From: Patescibacteria group bacterium
GTDB lineage: Bacteria; Patescibacteriota; Saccharimonadia; UBA4664
Length of the DNA: 64,000 nucleotides
Assembly (NCBI GenBank): GCA_028288925.1
Contig: JAQGHG010000019.1
Coordinates: 8,047 to 72,046, forward strand
Direction of reading: 5' to 3'
A program made the translations under genes and the position numbers. Within the stretch, counting starts at the first letter, position 1. Every line of letters begins with the position of its first letter. Under the pieces are notes generated by a model that was given only the letters and a program-made list of their open reading frames with translations, did not search any database and had not been told where the DNA came from. Shown in pieces: positions 40,997 through 50,851 of the stretch.

Positions 40997-42544
40997 ATGT
41001 TAGCACAAGCCTATGCCCCCGCCCTCTTCGGAATCGACGGCCGCCTCATTTCCATCGAATGCGACATGACCAACGGTCTGCCTGGCTTTGTGGTCGTAGG
41101 CCTCGGCGATAAAGCCGTGGACGAATCCCGCGAGCGTGTGCGCAGCGCCATCAAGAATAGCGGCCTCATGCTGCCGCCCAAGCGCATCACCCTCAACCTC
41201 GCTCCGGCCGATCTGCCCAAAGACGGCTCGGGCTACGATGTCGGCATGGCGCTCGCGATCCTAGCCGCTAGCGGCCAGATCGACCCGGCCGTGCTCGAGG
41301 ATGCCCTGTTTATGGGCGAGCTAGCGCTCGACGGCAGCATCCGGCCGGTCAAGGGCGCCGTCATCGCGGCCCAGCTGACCGCCGACCAATCGCTCCAGCG
41401 TCTGTTCGTGCCGCTCGAAAACGCCGCCGAAGCCGTAATGCTCGAGCATACCAAGGTCTTCGCCGTCTCCAACCTGCTCGGGCTCTACCGGCATCTCATC
41501 GGTGACTGCCTGCTCTCGCCCGTTGAGCCCGCGGCGCTGCCGGCCACTCCGGCCGAGGCGGCCGCCATCGACCTCAGCATGGTCTACGGCCAGCATCAAG
41601 CCAAGCGAGCGCTGGAGGTCGCGGCCGCCGGTAGCCACAATCTGCTCTTCTCCGGCGCGCCCGGCACCGGCAAGACCCTGCTAGCCAAGGCACTGATGGG
41701 CCTCCTGCCCGCGCCCAACCGCGAAGAGATGATCGAGATCACCAAAATTCACAATCTAGCCGGCAGCAATCTCGCGGGCATCATCCGCACCCGGCCATTC
41801 CGCGCGCCCCACCACACAGCCTCGAGCGTGGCGCTCATCGGCGGCGGCGCCCGGCCCCGGCCCGGCGAGATCAGCCTGAGCCACCACGGCGTACTCTTCT
41901 TGGACGAGCTACCCGAGTTTCCCCGCGGGGTCCTGGAAGTCCTCCGCCAGCCACTCGAAGACGGCAGTATCACCGTCGCGCGGGCCGCCGGCGTGGTCAC
42001 TTACCCAGCCCGGTTTATGCTCGTCGGCACTCGCAATCCCTGCCCCTGCGGCTATCTGGGCGACCCCGACAACCGCTGCGATTGCAGCCAGATGGCGATT
42101 AGCCATTACCAGCGCAAAATATCCGGTCCGCTTCTGGACCGAATCGACCTCGTAGTAGAGATGGCCCGCATCGACAACCGCGATCTCATCGGCGGTACAC
42201 CCGCCGAAAGTAGCGAAATCGTAGCCCGTCGCATCGCCCGGGCCCGCCAGCTCCAAATGGACCGTTTATTCGCCAGCGAAGGTCATTGTAACGCCCATAT
42301 GACCAACCGGGACATCCAAGAACATTGTAAAATAAACAACGAAACCGCGAAGTTAGCGGCTTTTGCCATGCGCCAGCTTGGGCTCTCCGCCCGCGGCTAC
42401 AACCGAATACTAAAAGTCGCCAGGACCATCGCTGATCTGGCGGAGTCCCCCGGCATTGAGACTATTCACTTCACGGAAGCACTACAATACCGCCCGCGCC
42501 TCAGCGAGACCAAGCAGCCCCAACAGGCCAACGCCAAGGCTTAG
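40997..42544 (+). CDS. comM: ComM/YifB Mg-chelatase-like AAA+ ATPase
   Basis: ESRERVRSA, NLAPAD, GAPGTGKT, PFRAPHHTAS, LFLDELPEF, SGPLLDRID. Confidence 0.95.
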   Translation: MLAQAYAPALFGIDGRLISIECDMTNGLPGFVVVGLGDKAVDESRERVRSAIKNSGLMLPPKRITLNLAPADLPKDGSGYDVGMALAILAASGQIDPAVLEDALFMGELALDGSIRPVKGAVIAAQLTADQSLQRLFVPLENAAEAVMLEHTKVFAVSNLLGLYRHLIGDCLLSPVEPAALPATPAEAAAIDLSMVYGQHQAKRALEVAAAGSHNLLFSGAPGTGKTLLAKALMGLLPAPNREEMIEITKIHNLAGSNLAGIIRTRPFRAPHHTASSVALIGGGARPRPGEISLSHHGVLFLDELPEFPRGVLEVLRQPLEDGSITVARAAGVVTYPARFMLVGTRNPCPCGYLGDPDNRCDCSQMAISHYQRKISGPLLDRIDLVVEMARIDNRDLIGGTPAESSEIVARRIARARQLQMDRLFASEGHCNAHMTNRDIQEHCKINNETAKLAAFAMRQLGLSARGYNRILKVARTIADLAESPGIETIHFTEALQYRPRLSETKQPQQANAKA

Positions 42545-42825
42545 ACCTTGATCAGGTGGTAAACCGAATCACCCAAACCGGTATGGTTTAGGAGATACCA
42601 AAGTACCAGTTCCAGGGCTATCAATGAGATCCCCAAAACCGCGATGCGGCGCAGGTCTCCAAACACATAACTAAAGTCGCGCACATCTGCCGCCGCTGCC
42701 TGCTTAGCAAGTCTGGCGCCGCCATTAGTTACGGCGCCCACCGTAGGCTGCGCGACCATCGCGCCGGCGTCTGGTTCGGCGTGCTTAAACTTATGTTTCT
42801 TGGTTGTATGCTTCTTCTTTGCCAT
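42541..42825 (-). CDS. Small membrane protein with basic N-terminus
   Basis: MAKKKHTTKKHKFK...YVFGDLRRI then TM. Confidence 0.65.
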   Translation of the reverse strand: MAKKKHTTKKHKFKHAEPDAGAMVAQPTVGAVTNGGARLAKQAAAADVRDFSYVFGDLRRIAVLGISLIALELVLWYLLNHTGLGDSVYHLIKV

Positions 42826-42880
42826 CGGCGCAATTGTATCACATGATAGTATAGGAACGAACGAGTACAAGGAGCGAGGC

Positions 42881-43384
42881 GTGATCATTACAGTACTGGC
42901 GATTGTTGTAGGGGCGTTAAGCCTGGGCGTAGCTATATATGCCCTCCTCCAAACCCGCACGCTCAACCAGCGCTTTACCGCCGCGCTAGGCGGAGAAGAC
43001 GCCGGGTCACTCGAGTCCACCCTGGCCGGTCACATCGCCCGCGTCGAGGCCGTAGACCACCGCCTCACTACCCTCAACGCTGAATACAAACGTCTAGCCA
43101 TCACCAATGGCCTGGCTTCCCAGAAGATATCTATTGTCAGGTTCAATCCCTTTGGCGATACTGGTGGAGACCAGAGCTTTAGCCTAGCCGTCCTCGACGC
43201 TCACGATTCCGGCTATGTCCTCTCGAGCATTCACGGACGCCAGGGCACCCGCGTCTACGTGAAGCCCGTCGACTTTGCCAAGAGCAAGTACACCCTCTCG
43301 GCCGAGGAGCGGCAGGCTCTCGATCAGGCTATCAAACGGGTGCCTCAGACAAACCCATCCGACTCAGAGATAGAGATTAAGTAA
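42881..43384 (+). CDS. DUF4446-family protein
   Basis: VRFNPFGDTGGDQSFSLA, SIHGR, LSAEE; AAGGAG SD. Confidence 0.85.
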   Translation: MIITVLAIVVGALSLGVAIYALLQTRTLNQRFTAALGGEDAGSLESTLAGHIARVEAVDHRLTTLNAEYKRLAITNGLASQKISIVRFNPFGDTGGDQSFSLAVLDAHDSGYVLSSIHGRQGTRVYVKPVDFAKSKYTLSAEERQALDQAIKRVPQTNPSDSEIEIK

Positions 43385-43396
43385 GGGACAATACAC

Positions 43397-43810
43397 GTGG
43401 CACGCAAGACACATGAAGACGCCTTCGGAGTAGCCGGAGCCGAAACCATCATAGGCACAGGAGTCGTGGTCAAAGGTGACCTCGCCAGCGAATCCGATAT
43501 CATCATCGACGGCACACTCACCGGCAACGTTACGGCCACCGGCAACGTCACACTGGGCGTAAACGCCAGCGTGAAGGGCAATATCGCCGCTACCAACGTC
43601 ACGGTTTCCGGCGCCCTCCGCGGCAACGTCGTAGCCGAGGGCGAAACCACCATCCGCGAGACCGGCAACATCGAAGGCGATATTAAGACGTCTGGCCTAG
43701 CTATCTCGTCCGGCGCCGTCTTTATCGGCCGGAGCCTCATGCAGGCCCCGCCCCGGCTCAACGATAACCCGGTCGCTCCGGATGGCGACCCCGGCCACCA
43801 CCAAGGCTAA
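43397..43810 (+). CDS. Bactofilin (polymer-forming cytoskeletal protein)
   Basis: TIIGTGVVVKGDL, IDG...GNV repeats, GAVFIG. Confidence 0.9.
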   Translation: MARKTHEDAFGVAGAETIIGTGVVVKGDLASESDIIIDGTLTGNVTATGNVTLGVNASVKGNIAATNVTVSGALRGNVVAEGETTIRETGNIEGDIKTSGLAISSGAVFIGRSLMQAPPRLNDNPVAPDGDPGHHQG

Positions 43811-43816
43811 CTCACC

Positions 43817-44716
43817 ATGTACTACTATGTCGTAAATCCCGCCGCCGGCCGCGGCCAGGTCAAAAACCTCCAAGACAAGCTCCGCGGCCGCCTGACCGCG
43901 CTCGGTATCCAGGGAGAGTGGGCCAAGACTACCGGCCCCGGCGATGCCACCAAGATGACGCGCGCCGCCATCGCCGCCGGCCACACCACCATCGTGGCCG
44001 TCGGCGGCGACGATACCGTCAACGAAGTCATCAACGGCGTCGAGCGCGAAAACGTCGCCGTCGGCATCATACCCATCGGCACCAACAACCGCGTCGCCAC
44101 CCAGCTCGGTATCGTCCAGTGGCAGCAAGCCTGCGAGGCTCTCGCCGCCCGCCGCCTCACGCCCTACTCGCTCATCGCGGCCGGCCAGAAGTTCTTCCTC
44201 TCTACCCTCACCCTAGGCTTCGAAACCGACCTCGACAAAACCATCGACACCGCCGAAACCGGCCTGCGCGCCCGCGCCAAGCAGTACACCCAGAGCCTCG
44301 GTCATGCCCGCAAGTTCCAGACGCTGCGTGCCAAAATCGATGTCGATGGGCAGTACAAGCTCGAGTGCGACCTCTTTACCCTCGCCATCGCCAACCAAAA
44401 ATTCCTTAACCCCCTAGCCGACAACCGCCTCATCGTCACCATCAGCGACCGCCCGGGCGCGCGCCTAGGGCTGGCAGGTCTGGTCTGGCAAACCCTGCGC
44501 AGCCGCGCCGACGCTAGCCCCAGCGACTCCGCCACCACGCGTTTCCTAGCCGACCGCGTCGTCATCGAGACCGAACCCCCCACCGGCATCATGGTCGACG
44601 GCAAGGTCGCCGGCCGCACCCCCATCGCCATCCGCCTCACCGACCGCCGCGTCCGCTTCATCACCGAAAAAATCATCGCCGACTTCAAAGACGCCGTCGG
44701 ACCGCGCGTAAATTGA
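43817..44716 (+). CDS. Diacylglycerol kinase-family protein
   Basis: VNPAAG, AVGGDDTVNEV, GIIPIGTNN, VDG. Confidence 0.85.
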   Translation: MYYYVVNPAAGRGQVKNLQDKLRGRLTALGIQGEWAKTTGPGDATKMTRAAIAAGHTTIVAVGGDDTVNEVINGVERENVAVGIIPIGTNNRVATQLGIVQWQQACEALAARRLTPYSLIAAGQKFFLSTLTLGFETDLDKTIDTAETGLRARAKQYTQSLGHARKFQTLRAKIDVDGQYKLECDLFTLAIANQKFLNPLADNRLIVTISDRPGARLGLAGLVWQTLRSRADASPSDSATTRFLADRVVIETEPPTGIMVDGKVAGRTPIAIRLTDRRVRFITEKIIADFKDAVGPRVN

Positions 44717-45240
44717 ATACCCCTGAGCTCATCACCATCGTCGATCAAGATGATAACGTCATCGGCTCTCAAGACCGCCTCACGGCTTACCAAAGCGGAA
44801 ATATCATCCGCCTAGCCAGCGTCATACTCTTCAACTCCCAAGGCCAAATCCTCCTCCAACAACGCAGCGCCCGCAAACAACAAGCCGCCCTTAAATGGTC
44901 CACCTCCGCGGCCGGCCATGTCGACGCCGGTGAAAGCTATCTCCAAGCCATCCGACGCGAAACTCAAGAAGAGTTAGGCCTGCCGGAACTAGAGTTTCAG
45001 CCCATTGGCAAATATTATTCCGAGATCAAAGAAGGCCATATTACGTTTCGCCACTTCAAAAGCGTATTCCGCGCCCACAGCGACCTGCCGATCATCTTCG
45101 ACCCCGTCGAAGTAGCCACCGTCCGCTGGGTGTCACCTGCCGAATTAAACAAGTGGCTAGCTCATCGCCCCGATGACTTCTCGAGTGGAATCCGCGAAAC
45201 CATCAGACGCTTCGGCGCGCGGCTTTTGAGCTCAGAGTAA
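44713..45240 (+). CDS. NUDIX hydrolase (IDI/YfcD-like)
   Basis: LLQQRS, AGHVDAGESY...RETQEELG. Confidence 0.88.
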   Translation: MNTPELITIVDQDDNVIGSQDRLTAYQSGNIIRLASVILFNSQGQILLQQRSARKQQAALKWSTSAAGHVDAGESYLQAIRRETQEELGLPELEFQPIGKYYSEIKEGHITFRHFKSVFRAHSDLPIIFDPVEVATVRWVSPAELNKWLAHRPDDFSSGIRETIRRFGARLLSSE

Positions 45241-45250
45241 TTCTTATCTG

Positions 45251-45838
45251 ATGTCAGGATTACCACACATACCCTACGCCCCCGAGCTCATCACTATCGT
45301 AGACCAAGCCGACAACGTCATCGGCTCCATGCCGCGCCAGCTCGCCCGCGAACAAGGCCAAATCCATCGCATCGCTAGTGTCGTTATTCGAAATCCCCAG
45401 GGGCAGATCCTACTCCACCAGCGCAGCGCCAACCTCCAAGATTCTCCGCTCAAGTGGGCGATGGGCGCCGCCGGCCATGTCGACGCCGACGAAGATTACC
45501 TCACAGCGGCCCACCGCGAGACCCAGGAAGAGCTGGGCCTGTCCTGCCTTGAGCTTCAGTTCATCGGAAAATACTACTACGAACGGCCAAAAGCCAACAT
45601 TATGCTCAAACGCTTCAACTCTCTGTTTCTAGCCGAAACCACCCAAGAGCCGAGGTATAACCCCGCGGAAGTCGCTCAGATCAAATGGGTTACGCCACCA
45701 GAGCTCAAGCGTTGGCTAGTCACCAAGCCCCAAGACTTCACCCGCAGCATCCCTGACATCATGAGTCGCTTTGGTGACCAGCTCTTATACTCGGGACCAC
45801 CACACAGCTCAGGCTATAAGTCGACTATCGACCTATAG
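45251..45838 (+). CDS. NUDIX hydrolase, tandem paralog of 44713-45240
   Basis: Shared PELITIVDQ.DNVIGS, GQILL.QRS, AGHVDA, RETQEELGL. Confidence 0.88.
   Translation: MSGLPHIPYAPELITIVDQADNVIGSMPRQLAREQGQIHRIASVVIRNPQGQILLHQRSANLQDSPLKWAMGAAGHVDADEDYLTAAHRETQEELGLSCLELQFIGKYYYERPKANIMLKRFNSLFLAETTQEPRYNPAEVAQIKWVTPPELKRWLVTKPQDFTRSIPDIMSRFGDQLLYSGPPHSSGYKSTIDL
45815..45837. promoter_or_regulatory. Palindrome TATA(A/G)GTCGA-N3-TCGACCTATA, copy 1
   Basis: Nearly identical to the palindrome at the PadR start (48043-48065). Confidence 0.6.
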
Positions 45839-45884
45839 CCCTTCTCGCGCACCCCTCCGATCACTCGCCACAGTTTCAGAAATC

Positions 45885-45904
45885 GTATATACTTATGTAT
45901 ATAC
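45885..45904. promoter_or_regulatory. mazEF-type autoregulatory operator
   Basis: GTATATAC-ttat-GTATATAC just upstream of the antitoxin start. Confidence 0.65.
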
Positions 45905-45918
45905 ATGAGCTACAACAC

Positions 45919-46143
45919 ATGAAAACCCACCTCAAACAATGGGGCAACAGCCTCGCCGTCCGCCTCCCCAGGGCCGCCACCGACGCACTCGCCCTCGCCG
46001 ACGGCAGCGAGCTCGACATCACCGTCACCGATACCGCCCTTGTCATTACGCCCGCCACGCCGCCACCATCCCTCGGGCAGCTCGTCGCCCAGGTCACGCC
46101 CGCCAACCGCCACCCCGAAACCCACATTGGACGCGCCCAATGA
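45919..46143 (+). CDS. mazE: AbrB/MazE-family antitoxin
   Basis: KQWGNSLAVRLP, LGQLVAQVTPANRHPE. Confidence 0.85.
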   Translation: MKTHLKQWGNSLAVRLPRAATDALALADGSELDITVTDTALVITPATPPPSLGQLVAQVTPANRHPETHIGRAQ

Positions 46144-46472
46144 CCACCTACACTCCAAACCGCGGCGACATCGTCTGGATACGCCTCGGCGACGGCGATC
46201 CCAGCCAGGACATCGGCCGGAGCCCCGTACTCGTGCTATCCCCCGCCACCTACAATCAAGCCACCGGCTTGCTCCTAGCCTGTCCCATCACCAGCCAGGT
46301 CAAAGACTATCCCTTCGAGGTTCCGGTCGCCCAAGACTTCCTCGATGGCGCCATCCTCGCCGACCAAATCATTTCCCTGGAATGGCCCGTTCGCGAGGTC
46401 AAATTGATCCTCAATGTCAGCCCCGGCACGCTCGCCGCGGTCCAGTCCAAGCTTCAATTGCTCGTCAGCTAG
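46140..46472 (+). CDS. mazF: MazF/PemK-family toxin (divergent active site)
   Basis: YTPNRGDIVW, VLSPATYN, CPITSQVKDYPFEV, LADQ; ATGA overlap with the antitoxin. Confidence 0.85.
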   Translation: MTTYTPNRGDIVWIRLGDGDPSQDIGRSPVLVLSPATYNQATGLLLACPITSQVKDYPFEVPVAQDFLDGAILADQIISLEWPVREVKLILNVSPGTLAAVQSKLQLLVS

Positions 46473-46491
46473 CCGTTTATCTGAAAAGACG

Positions 46492-46520
46492 TTGACCATT
46501 ACCCCTCAAACTGATATAGT
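46492..46520 (+). promoter_or_regulatory. Sigma70 promoter of infC-rpmI-rplT
   Basis: TTGACC-17-TATAGT. Confidence 0.75.
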
Positions 46521-46549
46521 ACCCGGGAGCTTTTCAAGGAGACTTCCAG

Positions 46550-47095
46550 ATCAATAAAATTCGTTTGAACCGTGAGATTACCGCCCAAACAGTACGTTTA
46601 GTTGGTGCTGATGGTTCCCAGCAAGGCGTCGTTAGCCTCAAAGAGGCCCTCGAAGCCGCCGCCGCTGCGGATATGGATCTGGCAGAGATAGCTCCCACCG
46701 CCCAACCTCCGGTTGTCAAAATCCTCGATTGGGGCAAATACCGGTACGAGCAGACGAAACAACTTGCCAAGAGCAAGAAGAATCAGAAGCAGGTTGAAGT
46801 GAAGCAGGTGCGGCTTGGACTCAAGATCGGTGGCCACGATCTAGAGGTCAAGATCAACCGCGCTATTAAGTTCCTGGATCAAGGCCACAAGGTCAAGATT
46901 AGCCTCCTCTTTCGTGGACGTGAGATTACTCACCCCGACTTAGGCCGCAAACTATTAGCCAAGGTCATGGAGATGCTCGGGCCGTTCGGCATACAGGAAC
47001 AAGCCCCCCAGCTCTCCGGCCGTGATTTAAATATGATTATCGGCCCACAGAAGGACCAGAAGGATCAGAAGGACAAGAAAGATGCCCAAGCTTAA
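46550..47095 (+). CDS. infC: Translation initiation factor IF-3, probable ATC start
   Basis: AAGGAG 8 nt before in-frame ATC; PPVVKILDWGKYRY, GHKVKISL.FRGRE. Confidence 0.95.
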   Translation: MNKIRLNREITAQTVRLVGADGSQQGVVSLKEALEAAAAADMDLAEIAPTAQPPVVKILDWGKYRYEQTKQLAKSKKNQKQVEVKQVRLGLKIGGHDLEVKINRAIKFLDQGHKVKISLLFRGREITHPDLGRKLLAKVMEMLGPFGIQEQAPQLSGRDLNMIIGPQKDQKDQKDKKDAQA

Positions 47096-47282
47096 AACCC
47101 ACAAAGGCATGGCCAAGCGCATTAAGATCACCGCCAGCGGCAAATTACTTCGCCGCCGGGCCTTCCGTAACCACATGCTTGCCCACAAGCAAGCCTCGAC
47201 CAAGCGCGAGTACGTCAAGGAATTCCAGGTCTCTGCCGGCGACACCGCCAATGTTAAGAAAATGTTAGGAACCTACAAGTAA
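47082..47282 (+). CDS. rpmI: 50S ribosomal protein L35
   Basis: MPKLKTHKGMAKRIKITASGK; operon position. Confidence 0.95.
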   Translation: MPKLKTHKGMAKRIKITASGKLLRRRAFRNHMLAHKQASTKREYVKEFQVSAGDTANVKKMLGTYK

Positions 47283-47632
47283 TGAGAGTCAAACGAGGCG
47301 TCACCACCCACGCCAAGCACAAGAAACTCCGCGCCCAGACAAAAGGCTACCAGCTAGTCCGCCGCGCCAGTGTCCGCCAGGCCCGCCAGGCGGTACTAAA
47401 GGCCCTGCAGTATCAGTACCGCGACCGCCGCAACAAGAAGCGCGACTTCCGCGCCCTCTGGATTACCCGCATCAACGCCGGCGTAGCCCAGTTCGGTCTG
47501 TCCTACTCCGCCTTCATGGGCTCGCTCAAGAAAGCCGGCGTCACGCTCGATCGCAAAATCCTGGCCGAGCTCGCCGTCAACCAGCCCAAAGCCTTTGCCG
47601 CCGTCGTGGACGTGGCTAAAAAAGCCAAGTAG
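47282..47632 (+). CDS. rplT: 50S ribosomal protein L20
   Basis: MRVKRG, YRDRRNKKRDFRALWITRINA, LDRKILAELA. Confidence 0.97.
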   Translation: MRVKRGVTTHAKHKKLRAQTKGYQLVRRASVRQARQAVLKALQYQYRDRRNKKRDFRALWITRINAGVAQFGLSYSAFMGSLKKAGVTLDRKILAELAVNQPKAFAAVVDVAKKAK

Positions 47633-47653
47633 TCCCCCTTTCCCCTACGCAGG

Positions 47654-47680
47654 AAACCCGCATACTACGCGGGTTTTTTG
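47654..47680 (+). terminator. Intrinsic terminator after rplT
   Basis: AAACCCGC...GCGGGTTTTTT. Confidence 0.75.
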
Positions 47681-48042
47681 TTGTGCAGCTCTCTTACTCT
47701 TAGTCTATCGCGTCCAAGGTCCACTAGGCGCGCATACGAATCAAGCTGCCAGCCCAAAAGCATGCACCCCAAATCCGTCAGCCAATAAATACGCGCCCTT
47801 CCGCCCGGCCGGGGTGTACTGGGCTCCTCGCCACAAACAAGCCCCGCCTTCCCCATTTTCTTAAGCGCCGGATATAATGTGCCATTACTAATGCCCCGCT
47901 CATGACCCGAATCAAAATCACATTGGCGCACAATCTCATATCCTGTCCGCTGCCCATCTGCCAGCACCACCAAAATCGCCATCTCTTGCTGGGATAATAC
48001 CGGCACGTCCTCAGATGTAAGGAAGGGATTCATGGAAGACAT
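47665..48042 (-). CDS. PadR-family transcriptional regulator
   Basis: ILVVL...TGYEI, GTLYPALKKM..GLV, RIYWLTDLG. Confidence 0.88.
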   Translation of the reverse strand: MSSMNPFLTSEDVPVLSQQEMAILVVLADGQRTGYEIVRQCDFDSGHERGISNGTLYPALKKMGKAGLVCGEEPSTPRPGGRARIYWLTDLGCMLLGWQLDSYARLVDLGRDRLRVRELHNKKPA

Positions 48043-48066
48043 TATAGGTCGACTTTCGACCTATAA
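48042..48066. promoter_or_regulatory. PadR autoregulatory palindrome, copy 2
   Basis: TTATAGGTCGA-ctt-TCGACCTATAA abutting the PadR ATG. Confidence 0.7.
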
Positions 48067-48186
48067 GCTACCACGAGAGGTTTCCCCGGAGTCAAAATCG
48101 CATCATATCGCTCATTTGTGGGTGGGCCTAATACTGCGCAAAATCCGCAACACTCTCGATAAAAACCTGAACACGTCTAGTGTTCG

Positions 48187-49320
48187 CTAACCCTCATGGT
48201 GGGTAGAATCAAACTTTTCCCACTCCGCATCGACAAACTCCCGCATTTGCCGCCGAAAGACCTCCACGTCAAACTCTTGAGCCTTCGCCTGCAGCACTTT
48301 TTCATCAAATTTCATGGTCTCAAACCGGCGCACCGCCGCCGCCAGCGCGGCCGGTGTTTGCTCATCGAAGAGCACCCCGGTCTTACCATCAATCACGTAC
48401 TCCAGCGCGCCGCCCTGGTTGTAAGCGATCACCGGCGTGCCGGCCGCCAACGCCTCTATGGGCACTAGCCCGAAGTCTTCCTCCGGCGGGAACACAAAGG
48501 CCTTCGCGCCCGCGAACGCCCGGTTCCGCTCGTCGGTACTCACCCAGCCGGTAAACTCCACATTGGCCTTGGCCCGGCGCTTCTGCCGGGCAATCTCCTC
48601 GCCTGTCCCCACCACCTTCAGCGGCAAACCCAGCTCATTAAAGGCGTCCACCGCCAAGTCCAGCCGCTTAGATGCCACCTGCCGCCCTACGATCAAGTAA
48701 TAATCGCGCGCACCCGGTGCCGCCGCCAACAACGGCCCAGTCTGAACCGGCGGGTAAATTACAGTGGAATCCCGGTGATAATATTGCTTAATCCGCGCCT
48801 GAATATGCTTCGAATTCGCGATAAACACGTTCACCCGCTGCGCCGCCGCGTAATCAATCCGCCGCAGCAACCCCACCACCAGCGGAAATACGATCCGCGC
48901 CAGCCAATTAAACGCCCCAAACGGCATATTACGCAGCCGCCACTCATAATCGGTCCAATAGTAGCGCACCGGCGTGTGGCAGTAACAAATATGCAGCGTC
49001 TTCGGCCCTGTCCGCACATATTTCGCCTCGGCCGCGCACGACGAAATCACCAGATCATACTCATCCATATTGAACGTCTTGAAGGGTAACCCCAGGAATA
49101 TCGGGAACAGCTGATGCTTGCGCTTCAAAAACGGGATCTTATTCAGAAACGTGGTGCGCACGTCGGCATCGGCAAATTCGGGGAATTTTTCCGGAATATA
49201 AGCAGAGGTATAAATCGGCGCGCCGGGGTACATTTGATGTAATTCATACAACACTTTCTCTCCCCCACCCGCCGAAGTCAGCCAATGATGCACCAATGCT
49301 ACGCGCGGAGTCTTGGCCAC
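48187..49320 (-). CDS. GT4 glycosyltransferase (WbaZ-like)
   Basis: GGGEKVL, YCHTPVRY, VIYPPV, EDFGLVPIEALAAG. Confidence 0.9.
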   Translation of the reverse strand: MAKTPRVALVHHWLTSAGGGEKVLYELHQMYPGAPIYTSAYIPEKFPEFADADVRTTFLNKIPFLKRKHQLFPIFLGLPFKTFNMDEYDLVISSCAAEAKYVRTGPKTLHICYCHTPVRYYWTDYEWRLRNMPFGAFNWLARIVFPLVVGLLRRIDYAAAQRVNVFIANSKHIQARIKQYYHRDSTVIYPPVQTGPLLAAAPGARDYYLIVGRQVASKRLDLAVDAFNELGLPLKVVGTGEEIARQKRRAKANVEFTGWVSTDERNRAFAGAKAFVFPPEEDFGLVPIEALAAGTPVIAYNQGGALEYVIDGKTGVLFDEQTPAALAAAVRRFETMKFDEKVLQAKAQEFDVEVFRRQMREFVDAEWEKFDSTHHEG

Positions 49321-50777
49321 TAGTAGGCCCCCCGGCCGCGGAAGATTGCCATAACCGTCCGTATCAAAATCTTAAGATCCAGCGCCAAACTCCAGTTTTC
49401 CACGTAATAAATATCCAGCTTTACCCGGTCTTCGTAGCTTATGTCGTTGCGGCCCGAGATCTGCCACAGCCCCGTCACCCCAGGCTTGAGCGCCAAGAAG
49501 CTCGCGCCGTGCTCGCCATAGCGCTCCAGCTCGGCCGGTATGATCGGCCGCGGCCCCACCATACTCATGTTCCCCCGCAGCACATTAAGAAGCTGGGGCA
49601 ACTCATCCAGGCTGGTCTTGCGCAGAAGCCGGCCCAACCGCGTCACCCGCGGATCATCGTCCACCTTCTGCGCCTTCTGAAACTCGACTATCAAATCCTC
49701 GCGCCCCATGGCCACGAAAGCCTCTTCGGCTGTCTTGTACTTAAGGCCCGGCCCAGTGCACCACTTCCAAGCCATTGTTCGGAACTTCAGCACAAACACT
49801 TCCTTGCCGTTGCGACTCAAACGCCGATGCCCAAACAGAATGGGGCCGTCCGGATCCTTGAGCTTGATAATTAACGCCACCACCAGCAAGATTGGCGACA
49901 ATACCACCACACCGAACGCCGCCCCTAGTACGTCAAAAACCCGCTTAGCAATCCGCCCCCAGCCCTCCAGCGGCGTCAGCCGGATCTCGATCATTGGCAC
50001 GCCGGCCAGGTTACCCAGAGCCGAATTTGACGCATAGAGGCCGAATTGGTTAGGCACAAACCGGTAGATGACATTGTGGTTGGTTGCGTAATTCACCAGC
50101 GCCAGCACCTCGTCCTGCTCCAACCCCGAATCCGCCTGAATAATCTCATTAATCGCCGACCCTCCCAGAGTCTCACGCGCCTCCTCGAACGACCGGTAGA
50201 TCGCCAGCCCAGGCATACGCTTGGCCGCGCCCCGCACCGTATCCACGCAGCCCAGCAAACGGTACCCCGAACGGGTCAGGGCCAGCTCGTGCGCGATCCG
50301 CTGCGCGATCTCGCCGCTGCCGATGATGAGCGCGTTGTGCACCCCCACGCCGAAGTTAAAGAACCACCGCTGCACCGCCCGCACCACGATACGCGAACTC
50401 AACACGAATAATAATCCCAGCCCATAGGCGTAAATCGGCACCGCCTTAGAGGGGAATAATGACACCGGCTGCAAAAAATCGAGCAATATCGTCACCATCA
50501 CGCCGCCCGACACCGCTACGAACACCCGCCCAATTTCACTAAACCGTCCGCGCAGATTCGACTGTGAATACAAACCACTCAAGGCGAATATAAAAATCCA
50601 CACTGGCAGCAAAATCAAAATCACCCCCAGGAAATCCAACGCCGGAATCGGATGCGCCACCGGCTTGCCTTCGAGCTTCACACGAATAATGTATCCCACC
50701 ACAAACGCCCCCAGCAGGGCCAGGAAGTCCAGCGGAACCAGGATCATACTAAAGAATAATTCACTACGTTTGCGCAT
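49320..50777 (-). CDS. Polyprenyl-phosphate sugar-1-phosphate transferase (WcaJ/WbaP family)
   Basis: [44 protein letters not shown]. Confidence 0.93.
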   Translation of the reverse strand: MRKRSELFFSMILVPLDFLALLGAFVVGYIIRVKLEGKPVAHPIPALDFLGVILILLPVWIFIFALSGLYSQSNLRGRFSEIGRVFVAVSGGVMVTILLDFLQPVSLFPSKAVPIYAYGLGLLFVLSSRIVVRAVQRWFFNFGVGVHNALIIGSGEIAQRIAHELALTRSGYRLLGCVDTVRGAAKRMPGLAIYRSFEEARETLGGSAINEIIQADSGLEQDEVLALVNYATNHNVIYRFVPNQFGLYASNSALGNLAGVPMIEIRLTPLEGWGRIAKRVFDVLGAAFGVVVLSPILLVVALIIKLKDPDGPILFGHRRLSRNGKEVFVLKFRTMAWKWCTGPGLKYKTAEEAFVAMGREDLIVEFQKAQKVDDDPRVTRLGRLLRKTSLDELPQLLNVLRGNMSMVGPRPIIPAELERYGEHGASFLALKPGVTGLWQISGRNDISYEDRVKLDIYYVENWSLALDLKILIRTVMAIFRGRGAY

Positions 50778-50815
50778 AATAGCCAGATAATTGCTCTTAC
50801 ATTGTACACCAAGCG

Positions 50816-50841
50816 AAACGCCCAACCACTGTGGTTGGGCG
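50816..50841 (-). terminator. Terminator downstream of rnpB
   Basis: CGCCCAACCAC/GTGGTTGGGCG stem plus TTT. Confidence 0.65.
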
Positions 50842-50851
50842 AATCTTATCT

